From: Chrysomallon squamiferum
Lineage: Eukaryota > Animalia > Mollusca
Length of the DNA stretch: 64,000 nt
Direction of reading: 5' to 3'
NCBI GenBank assembly: GCA_012295275.1
Contig: CM022676.1
Span: 496,001-560,000 of the forward strand
Position 1 is the stretch's first letter. The number at the start of each line of letters is the position of its first letter. The position numbers and the translations under genes were made by a program. The notes beneath the pieces are model-generated. The model did no database searches, was not told where the DNA came from, and saw only the letters and a program-made list of their open reading frames with translations. Of this stretch, positions 13,501-25,150 are shown one piece after another.

Positions 13501-15226
13501 CACATTAAACTTACATGTAACTAACACTGACAGATGAACTGTTATTTACACATTAAACTTACATGTAACTAACACTGACAGATGAACTGTTATTTACACA
13601 TTAAACTTACATGTAACTAACACTGACAGATGAACTGTTGTTTACACATTAAACTTACATGTAACTAACACTGACAGATGAACTGTTATTTACACATTAA
13701 ACTTACATGTAACTAACACTGACAGATGAACTGTTATTTACACATTAAACTTACATGTAACTAACACTGACAGACTAACAGACGAACTGGTTCCTACTCT
13801 ACAGCTGTAATTTCCAGAGTGTGAACACAGAGTTTGTTTTGTGTATTCTGCTCTTTTAGAGTGTTTCTGTTGAAGTAAAGTCTTTGAGTTTCTTGATATT
13901 ACTATGTCACCTTCTGGATCAACTTGACATCTTGCAGTTAGAGGTGTTGATTCATTCAGTACAACACTGTACTTCTGATTGTTGACTGTAAACAGTGTAA
14001 CTATAGGGTCATCTGCAGTAAAAAAGTAGTGATTATTATTAAGTTCTGAATAACATATAATTAAATAAATTTAAAAAAGTGGTATTTACAATTACAAATA
14101 AATACTTTATTGTCAAAGTAATGTTTGTAGGTGAAACGACGATGGCCTGATAACCAGACACGTTAGTCTGGCAGTTTTGCTGGCTTCATCACACTGCACT
14201 ACTTGAACTGACTCTCCTGGACACCAAAATGAGATGCCATAAATTATTTTACCTCTTATGTTACAGATTACGTCTGAAGACTGTCCATTCTGCGCTCCAG
14301 ACAGACAGTTCATTGTGGTGTCGGCAGCTGTTTCATTTTCTACTTTTCAAGAAGGAAGTGAAAGATTTGAAAAAGAAAACACAACACTAAGACACAATAC
14401 ATTCAGTTATTATTGTTTTGTTATTTTTGTTTTTGGGGATTTGGGGGTCTTCTTTTTTTATTTTTTTTATTTAATGTCAAACATTCTGCAAATGGGTTAT
14501 TTGCAGTTACGGAAAGTTTGAACATTAATATAAATACAAGTAAAATTCTTAAAATAAGATAGATAAATAAATCATAAATAAATAAATAAATAAATAGAGG
14601 GTTAGAGGGTTATAAGGATAGAATAGATAAAATAAAATAGCAACAACAAACAATGAAAACAACAACATCAATAGTAATGATAATGATAGCAATACAATCA
14701 ATATTTCCAGGAAGTATCACAAGTAAGAGAATGATTTTGTTTTTAACTTCAAAAATTATTCAAAGCAGTACAAAGATACAAAACTGTTCTTTAATCTCAG
14801 ACAATACAACAGTGAATTAATTTTAAATATTTATAATTCTGAAAACATACACACATATCAAAACTAACAGGTCAACTCACAAATGAAAAAAAATAAAAAA
14901 AATAATAATAAAAAGAAAGAAAAGAAATTAAAGTAATTAGTAATCTTTCAGAATATCAAAATAACATTTTTATCCACAAATATAAATATATTATTATTAT
15001 TATTATTAGTTAATAGTGTTTTTTGTGCATATTATTTATTGTATAATGGAACTGAAGATAGAAAACTAGGTGCATTACAAAAAAAAAAAATAAAAATGTT
15101 CATATTTTAATTCATTTTAACTAAGGAAAATAAAGAAATATCTGAGATGTTACCTTCTGCAGAACTATCACAGATCAGCAGCATAATCACAGAAAACTCA
15201 GAAAGCAAAAATTGAACAGAAGCCAT
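5580..15226 (-). CDS. Gene B: type-I membrane IgSF receptor (signal, 2 Ig domains, TM, long low-complexity cytoplasmic tail with NPxY)
   Basis: Exons 15226-15154 (MASVQFLLSEFSVIMLLICDSSAE), 14012-13755 (Ig, 258 nt), 13334-13032 (I-set-like Ig lacking canonical Cys, 303 nt), 11251-11117 (TM VVAAGLVFTIIVLVVFLAYNFC + RRPRRRKR), 10797-10749, 9864-9815 (IDNPAYSL), 8456-7836 (621 nt S/T/E/K-rich), 7316-7278, 7040-6972, 5593-5580 (GTAS*). All GT-AG and phase-compatible; last exon less certain. Confidence 0.8.
8105..8300 (-). repeat. Coding 39-bp tandem repeat (KRGSISE[S/T]KQTTQ, about 4.5 copies) in gene B cytoplasmic exon
   Basis: 39-bp unit visible directly; in frame within exon 8456-7836. Confidence 0.85.
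8668..9198. mobile_element. Non-autonomous Tigger/pogo-like MITE
   Basis: Imperfect TIRs cagcggaaccttgggttacgaa ... ttcataactcaaggttccacta; interrupts a degenerate ~45-bp tandem repeat (aaaccatgga...tttaaaatgtctac) spanning about 8495-9375. Confidence 0.7.
11534..12503 (+). mobile_element. Degenerate Tc1-like transposon remnant
   Basis: Imperfect TIRs (tatattaaaggcaaaagtta / taacttttgacttttaatata); decayed motifs DRFGGGGVIV (~11954) and ACINAQDGHT (~12268) typical of Tc1 transposases. Confidence 0.65.
13435..13775 (-). repeat. 48-bp tandem array (7 units) containing gene B exon end plus 5' splice site
   Basis: Unit starts at 13435, 13483, 13531, 13579, 13627, 13675, 13723; sense unit ctgtcagtgttagttacat|gtaagtttaatgtgtaaataacagttcat. 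Confidence 0.95.
14100..14339 (-). pseudogene. Dead V-type Ig pseudo-exon in gene B intron 1
   Basis: Homologous to gene A exon 413-1 (VICNIRGKIIYGISFWCP vs LICKISGQIIYGIGFWHP); 1-nt deletion in the A-run near 14176 and loss of the DxGxWxC half. Confidence 0.8.
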
Positions 15227-15394
15227 ACCTATAACAGTAAAGTTAATATATGGTAATATTATCATGATGATAAATAAATAATAATAGAATGATGTTGATA
15301 ATGATTAGGATGCCTAAAAAAATCCCAGACCAAGTAACAATAAATAAATAAGTACGACAAATAAATAAATAAATATAGTAACTGATTAAGTTAA

Positions 15395-15431
<37 letters not shown>

Positions 15432-15648
15432 TTTAAATTCATAAAATAAAAATCTGGTAACTGCTATGTAATAACTCAACCAAATTTAAAATAAAAACAA
15501 TAAATAAACAGAAAAAGTAAATACATAAATTAATTAATTAAATAAATTATTTACATATTTCCTTTTCCTATTATCCACAAAATATATTATTTCATTAACT
15601 ACGTCTATTTAAAAGCCATCAATATAATTATTATTATTAATTTTAATA

Positions 15649-15692
<44 letters not shown>

Positions 15693-15959
15693 TATTATTA
15701 TTATTATTATTATTATTTTTTTGTTTTTTTTTTTGAATATAGAGTGAATAGCCTACAAACTGTATATAATAATGATTACACTACGTTTTATTTCATTGCT
15801 GTCTCTCTCGAGTTATTTCTTATTGCTATTAATTAGTTATTATCAAAATATTAAATTGTTAATAACTTTTAGAATTACATCGTGCTAAGTGATTGAAATT
15901 ACCACATTGAAAACTTATTTATGACATGAGAATCCATTTTTTGATTTCGTCTTTATTCC

Positions 15960-16230
15960 TTGTGCGGATTTCCTCCTTGATAATCGAGATCCGTTTAAAC
16001 AGTGCTTTAGCTGCGTAAATTGTAACATATTTTGCCAGGTTTATTTTAAATCAAAAGTATAGAAAGCATATTTCTACAAAAACCGAGGAGACGTTAAGTT
16101 TTCATTTTGATTTCATTTTCTCAACATTAATGTTCAACCTGTTATTGGTATTAAAAGTTGAGGGTATTTCCCACTAAGGAAGGAAAATAAATTTTGCAGA
16201 AACTATGACGTAGATACAAACAAAAAGGTA
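15960..16230. promoter_or_regulatory. Candidate divergent promoter region of genes B/C with kB-like, ISRE-like and CRE half-site motifs
   Basis: GGGTATTTCC 16162-16171; GAAAATGAAA (minus) 16111-16120; TGACGT ~16206; plus-strand donor AAG|gtaagt at 16227 (probable 5'UTR exon of gene C). Motif matches only. Confidence 0.35.
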
Positions 16231-16454
16231 AGTTATTTCGGTGTTATTATCAAATTATCTTAATCAAAGATAATAATAATAATAATAATAAGTTAAACAT
16301 AATTATCTTCTACCTACTAATGAGCTAACTCAGTTACCAGAATCTTTGTCTTCTGCAACTCATGTCGGTAAATGTTTGTTTCTTCACATGATAACAGATG
16401 TTAACTTAAGCATGTAAATCACATTTCCTTTAGAATTTAGTTAATTTTACAAAA

Positions 16455-16495
<41 letters not shown>

Positions 16496-16819
16496 CTTAC
16501 TTTGTTTTCTGGGTATTTATGATCATACTAAATTATTAGATAATGATAATAAAATCGTATTTTTTGTTGTGGTTTATAATGTATTTGTATAGCGGTCAGC
16601 AATATGTAGACAGAAATAGAGACACAGATATAATCTATAAGAACGGATATTTTTTTTCCCTTTTGATGCATTCTTTCTAATATCTATTATCAATATAACA
16701 CATAATCAGTAACAAGGATCTGTTATGGTTTAAAGAGCAACAGTCATGGAAAAAAGAGAGATAAAAAAAAAAATAAAGAAAAACAAACATACATACATAC
16801 ATACATAAATACAAAACAG

Positions 16820-16851
<32 letters not shown>

Positions 16852-17758
16852 GAGAAGCCAAACAACAAAAAACAACAACAATAATATTTTTGACAACTGC
16901 TTTTTGGTATGGATTTTATTATAATTATTTGATCGCTATTTTTTCCTCCGTTGGAAAACTCATACTCAAACTGATAGTTTGATATGTAACGAGCAATATT
17001 TGCAAAGATATACTAATGCCTACAACATGATAAATAAAGATACCTGAAAAGCTTTATGTATTAAATGTGTATAAGTCCTTACAGTGTATATGGGTGCACT
17101 AAAACATCATCCAGTATAGTGATCTTGCAGTCAGTTTGTTAACCAAACAATTTAAGTTAACTTTGTAGTCAAACCTGCTTATAACGCCACGCTACCAGTT
17201 TACCAACGTCCCCTTTATCTTCAACATTTCTTTTTTTTCTTAATTTCATTCATTGAAATTTATTCCTTAACAGGAATTTGGAGGATGTAGTAATTCATAA
17301 TCACTGAAATTCATTTGAATGCTAAAATCAGTTGAGCTCCAGTGTCAGCGTTTTACAGTCATTAATAAAAAACATAATCCTGAAACTAGTTTGCATGGTC
17401 GACCTAGCTAGCAACTGTATACATTCTTGATTGTTGCTCTTTACATTAAAGGTTATATGACAACAACACTATTATTATTTAATTAGTTAATCTATTTATT
17501 TATTGATTTATTTATTGTTATTTTATATTTTATAAATATGTTGAGGACTGGTTTTCTTTTGTTTCGGGATAACGTGCATGATTCTCTTTACAAATCTAAT
17601 GTATATATATTTCCTCTTATTATCATTTTGCATTTATCATTATATACATATTTCTGTTTTGTCTGGTTAAATAATTATTGAAGTAATTATTATTATTATT
17701 ATTATTATTATTCAAAAGAGAAAAAAACAATCTCACTATACTTATTTGTCTTACAGAA

Positions 17759-18814
17759 ATGGCCTCTGTTTGTCTCTTGTTTCTGTTATCTTTGTTTATT
17801 TTACTGGCTTACATTAAATCTTCTGAAGGTAAGATATCTCACTCCTCTTCAAATTAAATAGACAAAAAAAAAAAAAAAAAAAAAGTAACAAACAATAAAT
17901 TACACACAAATAGTCAGAATATAATTATTTAGTAACTCCTTCATTATTAATTTATTTTCCTTGTCAAGTCTTTCTGTGATAACTTTTATCAGTATCATGT
18001 AGAAATTCACAAATCAAAGACAGCTGAGCACGTTCTTTGAAAACAAAATCATATACAACCCAACAATATTCATCAGAGGAAGTAGATGGCTTCAGCTAAT
18101 TTTATATTCACAAATTTAACTACAGACAGGACTGTTTCATCTGTCTTTTTAAGCAAATTTGTTACAAAAATGTTATTTTATATTAAGATGACAAAATATA
18201 GAGGCAAGATAATCATAAATATAACATTGTTATGCATTTCTCTGTTTCAGTAATAATAAAAGAAAATCACTTTACCAAGTTTGTTTTAATGACTTTTGTT
18301 TGCTGTGTACATTCCATTGTTTTTTATTCTCGTCTCTTCATCCTATACATTCATTTTAATTGATAATATATGTATAAGGTAGTGCCTCAAAATGTGGACA
18401 ATGTACATGGCAATAAAACTGCATGACTACACTAACCAGTTTGCCTCCATGTCCTACACATAAATTCCATTCAGTACCTAACCATGTCGAATACAAATTC
18501 AGGCACTTAAATGTTAAATCGGTACCTGTGTGCTTAACCTACATATATCACAACAAGCGAGAATTAAAAAAAGAGAAGAAAAAACAACAACAAAAAAACC
18601 CAAAACTGCAAATAGTAGAAACTAAGACAAATGTGCAAAGCCATGGTGTTTTTTTGTTTTTTTTTTTTTTCTTCAGGCACGTGTTGTTCAAATAAACATT
18701 GTTCTGATTAGTTAATATAGCTTTGAGCTGCATCAGTTTTGAAGATTTGGCAGTCGCTAACTCATCTGAATGTATGTCGTGTGTTGTGTGATTACTGATA
18801 GAAAGTATTGGAAC

Positions 18815-18857
<43 letters not shown>

Positions 18858-21800
18858 GTAATAATAGTAAGAATAATGTTAAGTTTTGGTTCTTTTGTCA
18901 CAGCTTGTTGTTTACTGACAATGTAATAAAGAATGTTCATTCTTTTCCTGCAGATGAGTCAATAGTTACACTGTTTACAGTCAATAATCAGAAGTACAGT
19001 GCTGTACTGAATGAATCAAATCCTCTAACTGCAAGATGTCAAGTTGATCCAGAAGGTGACATTGTCATATCAAGAAACTCAAAGACTTTACTTCGAGACA
19101 CACATTCTACAACAGCAGAATACACGAAGAAATCTGTGTGCTCAGACTCTGGAAATTACAACTGTAGAGTAGGAACCACATCTTCTGTTAATCTGTCAGT
19201 GTTAGTTACATGTAAGTTTAATGTGTAAATAACAGTTCATCTGTCAGTGTGTCAGTGTTAGTTACATGTAAGTTTACTGTGTAAATAACAGTTCATCTGT
19301 CAGTGTTAGTTACATGTAAGTTTAATGTGTAAATAACAGTTCATCTGTCAGTGTGTCAGTGTTACATGTAAGTTTACTGTGTAAATAACAGTTCATCTGT
19401 CAGTGTTAGTTACATGTAAGTTTAATGTGTAAATAACAGTTCATCTGTCAGTGTTAGTTACATGTAAGTTTAATGTGTAAATAACAGTTCATCTGTCAGT
19501 GTTAGTTACATGTAAGTTTAATGTGTAAATAACAGTTCATCTGTCAGTGTGTCAGTGTTAGTTACATGTAAGTTTAATGTGTAAATAACAGTTCATCTGT
19601 CAGTGTGTCAGTGTTAGTTACATGTAAGTTTAATGTGTAAATAACAGTTCATCTGTCAGTGTGTCAGTGTTAGTTACATGTAAGTTTAATGTGTAAATAA
19701 GAATTCATCTGTTAGTGTTAATTATTTTAATTTTAATATGTAAGTAATAGATTATTTGTCTATCTGTCAATGTGTATATGTTAGTTATGTATAGGTTTAA
19801 TTTGTAAATAACATTTTATCAGTGAATATGTCAGTGTTAGAGAGATGTGAGTTTGACATGTAAATAACAGTTTATCTGTCAATGTGTGAGTGTGTTTGTG
19901 TTAATTACATGTAAGTTTAATATGTAAATAACAGTTCTTTGTTGAAGATTTATGAAATTGAAAGAGAATATATTATCACGCAGGCAATATTTTTAATTAC
20001 AAAAAGTACTTTGAGATCAGGTTTTATTGTAGTTATTACCTTTCAGGTACACCTAGATTAGACCCCCGATATGGACTGCAAAGCACGTTTATAACTGTAG
20101 TGGGCGGAAATGTCACTTTTAACATACCAGTCATTGCCAGTCCTCTGCCAACCTTCTACTGGTATAGAATCTTTCCAGACAAGACAATTAAACTCTCTTC
20201 TTACCCTGCACAGTCAACAGACATATATTCCAGAGGAATTTATGAGGTTATAAATGTGAAGAAGACAGACATGGGTTTGTATCAGGTGGTCGTTTCAAAT
20301 GGAGTGGGGCCTTCAGATCTTGTTGTTAATTTAACAGTTTTCCTGGAAGGTAATTCTTCAGTTTGCATGTGATAGTGTTTTGTATTAGTAGTAGAAAGGA
20401 ATTATGATTTTTAAATGTGATGATGTATGTAACTGTAGTAATACTAATACTCTTACTGTTTTTTAGTTTCAGATGCATCTAGTGAGACAGACAACTCTGT
20501 CATGATGTATGGAACTGCAGTAATAGTGATACTTATCCTAATAGCTATCTGTTTTGCATTAACCTGCCCTGGAAGAAAGAAAAACCACACTAAAAGTAAT
20601 TAGTATTTAATAGTAATTAGTCACATATCTGATTTTTGCTGCACTATGCTTAGTTATCATACTAAATACAATGTTAATACCACTGGTTTTTATTTTACTG
20701 ATAGTATGTAGTATTAACAAACTGACATATTTCATGTGTTAGTTATTAATAAATAGGGAAGGTAGGCTTTTGTTGAGTGCTTATGAGAAAAGATCAGTCT
20801 CCTTCACCTTATTATTGTTATATCCTGTTCCTGCCAGTACTCCACATTTGGTTTGTAAAAGAAACTGGTATGTATTCTTCCATATATGAAACAAAATGCA
20901 CCCATATCAGGTCTTTTATTGTAATCTGGAAAATAAAAAGGGATTTTGTGACAGTGAGTTTCCTGTCTCATTGTCTGGATATTTTGTTATATAACCACAG
21001 ACTTTTTAAGAGAAATATACTGAGATGCCATGATATTAATTTATTTGATTAATATGCTGCTGATTTTTAAATGTGTAATTGTCACTGAATGATACAGTTG
21101 GTTGTGAGATGTCTAAGATGATTATATTTATTTTATTGCTTGTTGTATATATTTTATACTTAAATCTGTTTCATACATTATGTATGTTCCAAATTTATTT
21201 GCACAAGATATAATTATTAATTAGTTTTTTTTCTGTAATTTATTTGATTAATATTTTTCTTATTTTTTTCTTATTTATTTATTTATTTATATATATTTAT
21301 TTCAATTTTATTTCAATTTTTTCTTAGAAAAGCAGTTAACTTGAAGAAAATACAATTTTAAATATAAATCTGCTGTCAATGACAGGATAATTAAATCGTC
21401 TTGTTGGTATGAAACCAGTTTATTAGTTTATATACTTTACTGTCTCTAGGAGAAGTATAACATTCATGTCTGAAATCAAAACAACCCATGTATCCATTAC
21501 AGTAACTCTATAAATTACAGTGTTCATTCATTCAGATAATATATATCCATTGCTGCAGTTTAGTAAATTATTATGTTTGTAGCTGTAATATAAATAAGTA
21601 AGTTTGTGTCACTTGTAAATACATCACATTTGTTCAGTGTAAGACTACACAAATATTAATGATTATCTAATTATTAATTGTTGTTGTTTGTATTGTCATC
21701 ATCATTGTCTAATTATTCAGTATTTTGCTTGATTATTGTTATTATTGTTGTCATTATTATTATTATTATTATTTTTAGTAGTAGTAGTAGTGGTAGTAGT

Positions 21801-21986
21801 AGTAGTAATAATAATAAAGTAGTGTTTGTCATGATAGCAATAATAATTACTGATGCATATTCTTCAGATGTTATTATTTATTTAATTGTTTGTTTGTTTA
21901 ATTATAAAGGTGCAGAAGGTGCTAGTTACAGTCCAGTATGGTACGACAATGCAGAGGAAGATGACAATGTGATTGCAAAGAACTGA
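17759..21986 (+). CDS. Gene C: type-I membrane IgSF receptor (signal, 2 Ig domains, TM, short Tyr-containing tail); paralogue of gene B
   Basis: Exons 17759-17828 (MASVCLLFLLSLFILLAYIKSSE), 18954-19211 (258 nt Ig), 20047-20349 (303 nt Ig), 20473-20595 (TM MMYGTAVIVILILIAICFALTC + GRKK), 21910-21986 (SAEGASYSPVWYDNAEEDDNVIAKN*). All phase 1; Ig exon sizes identical to gene B. Confidence 0.85.
19193..19937 (+). repeat. 48/55-bp tandem array containing gene C exon end plus 5' splice site (10 good and about 4 degenerate units)
   Basis: Same unit as 13435-13775 in opposite orientation; some units carry an extra 7-nt gtgtcag. Confidence 0.95.
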
Positions 21987-23490
21987 CACACTGTGATCAA
22001 CATCAGTTACAAATTAATTAACTGTTCTTTTTTGCTTTATATTGTTATTTATTTATTTATTTATTTATAATGTTATAAAATATTTAAAAAATAAGAGTTA
22101 CTTGAGGAAAATTCAAGTACGAATGTTCTATGGCTATAAATGGATTAATGTCAGTTTAAAGTAAATTAATGGCAGACAGAAATCAGTGCTTTGTACCTGC
22201 TATAAATCAGTATAAAACAATTTTATGAAAACATGAAAATTTACTTGAAGTTTACTATTAAAACAAATTAAAGACTAGCAGAAACACAATTAATAAATGA
22301 AGTAATCAATAATTTTTCAACATTATTAACACTTTTCTCTCTCTTTGTAAAGATCAGTGATAATCTGCTGCAGCAAGTTGTGTAAAGTTTATATTAAACA
22401 CTTCTCACTGTATGGAGTTTTCTGTGCAAAGTTTTATCTAAATGTATCTTTTTTCTTTCTTTCTTTCTTATTTTTATGTATTTATTTATTTACTTATTTA
22501 TTTTTGTGTGTATTGATGGTATCATTAAAGTGTATATTTGTAAAGAAAAATAGACACAGAAACATACATACAAACATCTTTACCTATTTCCCAATCCAGT
22601 CAGGGTGTACAATGATTTATTAAAAGCAGTCTGAACAGTAAACTTTGGTTCAGAAAAACTAGATCTTGTTCAGTAGTTTATTGCAGGCTGAGGATCACTG
22701 AGCAGAGAAACTTGGGACTGGAAGGTTCCACAGTTTGCAATATAAAGTTTTAGGTTGGGAATAGCAAATAAGTGAAAAATGTATATATAATATATATTTA
22801 CTTGAAATAAAATGTGTGTATGCTAAACAATTTTAGGAGTTTGAAGCACTTCAAATTTCAAAATTTTAGCTAAGAGTCTTCAACCTGTACTTGTAACTTC
22901 TTGTTTTTGTATTTGCTTATATGTACATAGAGATAAATTTAGTATGAATTCAATGTTTTCGGATGATGGATGATAAAAACTGTGTTAATATGATTATTAG
23001 TAATTACAATTTATTGTTTATGATTCTGTGTGTTAATTTGCATTAGGTGTTTAAATATATTCCAACTCAGCGACTATGAATATGTAGAAAAACATCACAC
23101 ATGGTTTTATGTGACAATGTTTAATCACAGTTTTACAGATGTTTCAAACCACGTTCAGTGCAGTATCAGATAACTGCAAACTCTGTGAAACCAAACAGCT
23201 GTTAACTTGAAATACTGAAATCAATTAAAATGTTCACAAAAACCCACAACAAAAAACAATGACATATAGTCAAATAAATTCAGTTAACATCGCTGTATGT
23301 TAAAGACTTGTGTGGATATGTGTGTCTAATTTAGCTGTAATATAAATATCTTAACACACTCAAATGCACACACACATATATGTATGTATTATAATATTAA
23401 AAGTTAAAGAACGAGTTTGATAGTTGTTTTTAAAAAATATTTTTAACGTATTTTGTTTTCTTTTTATTAGATAAATGAATTAGTCTAAAT

Positions 23491-25150
23491 CAGCGGTGTG
23501 AAACATTTTTCATTGGTGGTCTACTTTTGAACATTGGAAAACAATTAGAGCCGTTCACAGTCAAAACTATGTAATCTAATGACTATTAGTGTATTGAGTT
23601 ATGAATAGACTGTGAATACATTTTTTAACAATAAAGACAAATAACATTAATTTTATTTTTATTAATGTGAGACTTGGTATTTTGTGTTTTTGCACAATTT
23701 ATCAGTGTCCACTCTGACTGATGTGCTGGCAACTCAGAGCTCACTGTTCAGATGTTCATCTGTCAGCTGACTTTGTATCTGTTTTTAGTAAGTTTCATTC
23801 TTCAGAAGAACTGCTCACAACAATATTTGAAGCATGTTGCTTCAAATTTGGTTGCTTTCCACATACATAATGTTTGTAGAAACTGACCAAGTCATTGCTA
23901 TCATATGCTTTTCTCAGGTCCATATCAGACTGCAAATCTATTAGCTCCATTTCATAGTAGTCAGGACATCTTGTTGCTTATTTATCATGAATGATTCAGT
24001 CTCCTTTCTTATATTCCAGAATTTTTTCAAAGTAGCAGCGCTTCTGAGCCATTGCACTGCAGAGAAGTACACAACATCAGGATAATCCGAGTCAAGTTCT
24101 TAAAATGCCTTAAATTGCAGATGATTCAGTCCTCGAGCACAAATTTAATTGACACATTGAACAACATCTTTGATAACATTGGTAAACCTTGAGTACTTTG
24201 GTGCAACAATTTCTCTGGTGTATAATGCAATGATTTACCACAACCCCTAAATCAGTAAATATGCACAAGCAACCTTTTATGAATTTTCCATCAGTGAAGG
24301 GTTTCCCCTTTTCTGCGATTGATTGACAGATTTTGAAGCTAAGTTTTGTTACTAGTTCAGAGTCTTTCTTATAACGAGTAAATACTCCATGATGCTTCTT
24401 AATTGACTTGGTCATCTGTTCTAGTCTTTTCACTCAAACTTGACCTACCAGTGTAACATATATGGTTGAATGTTTTGTTGAATAATGACATTTAATGTTG
24501 TATTCCTTCATTACAGCTGTTGTAGTTTGGCAGATTACTCAGGCAGCACCTTGTTTGTGCTGAAAAACAAAATATTTGTTTCTGTAGTCATTGTTGAATA
24601 TTCGTCCCTCATCATCAATTTATTTTTTTTATCAGCAGACATCTTTACCTGCAGGAAATATGAAAAATATTGAGACAGTTTGAATTACCACAAAAACAAA
24701 AGGGAAGATCTTAAAGAGTGCAGTTAGCTGACACTGATTTTATAAGGGTTTTTTAAGCGTTTATTTGGCATGAGCATGATTATTGTCGAAAATACAACAA
24801 AATAACTGATAAATCGGTGTTAACTCTGAGGCTGATGTACAACGTCGTAGCTAACATCTGACAACCACTGTTATTATCGCCCACGTACGCACGCGGCACT
24901 GGGTTACAAATAAATAAAATGTCTAAATATTATTAAAAACGTACAGGCAATCATCAATAGTAACTGAAAAAAGTTTTTCAACCTTTGAATTCAAAACAAA
25001 GTCTCATTGTGTAGCACGATCGGAAATAAAACATGCGACGTCGTTGACATTCTGTATGGTCGATTCTAAAACTATAAAATGTGTCACGGCAAAAATTAAA
25101 ACAATTAAAACTGTTAACGTGGGCCGCACTGACTGGCCATGGCGAGCCAG
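23491..25150 (-). mobile_element. Internally deleted hAT transposon (GTF2IRD2/EPM2AIP1-like transposase fragments)
   Basis: KLSFKICQSIAEKGKPFTDGKFIKGCL, HCIIHQ, and C-terminal MELIDLQSDMDLRKAY / QLTDEHLNSEL fragments with stops and frameshifts; begins cagcggtg at 23491; absent from the duplicate copy near 34600. Right boundary approximate. Confidence 0.8.

Noticed and set aside
13435-13775. CRISPR-like appearance of regular repeats (also 19193-19937 and 2410-3022)
   Set aside because: No unique spacers, no cas genes, eukaryotic context.
20473-20595. Classical activating (charged TM) or ITIM assignment for gene C
   Set aside because: TM has no charged residue and ASYSPV does not fit the strict ITIM consensus at the -2 position; signalling polarity cannot be called.
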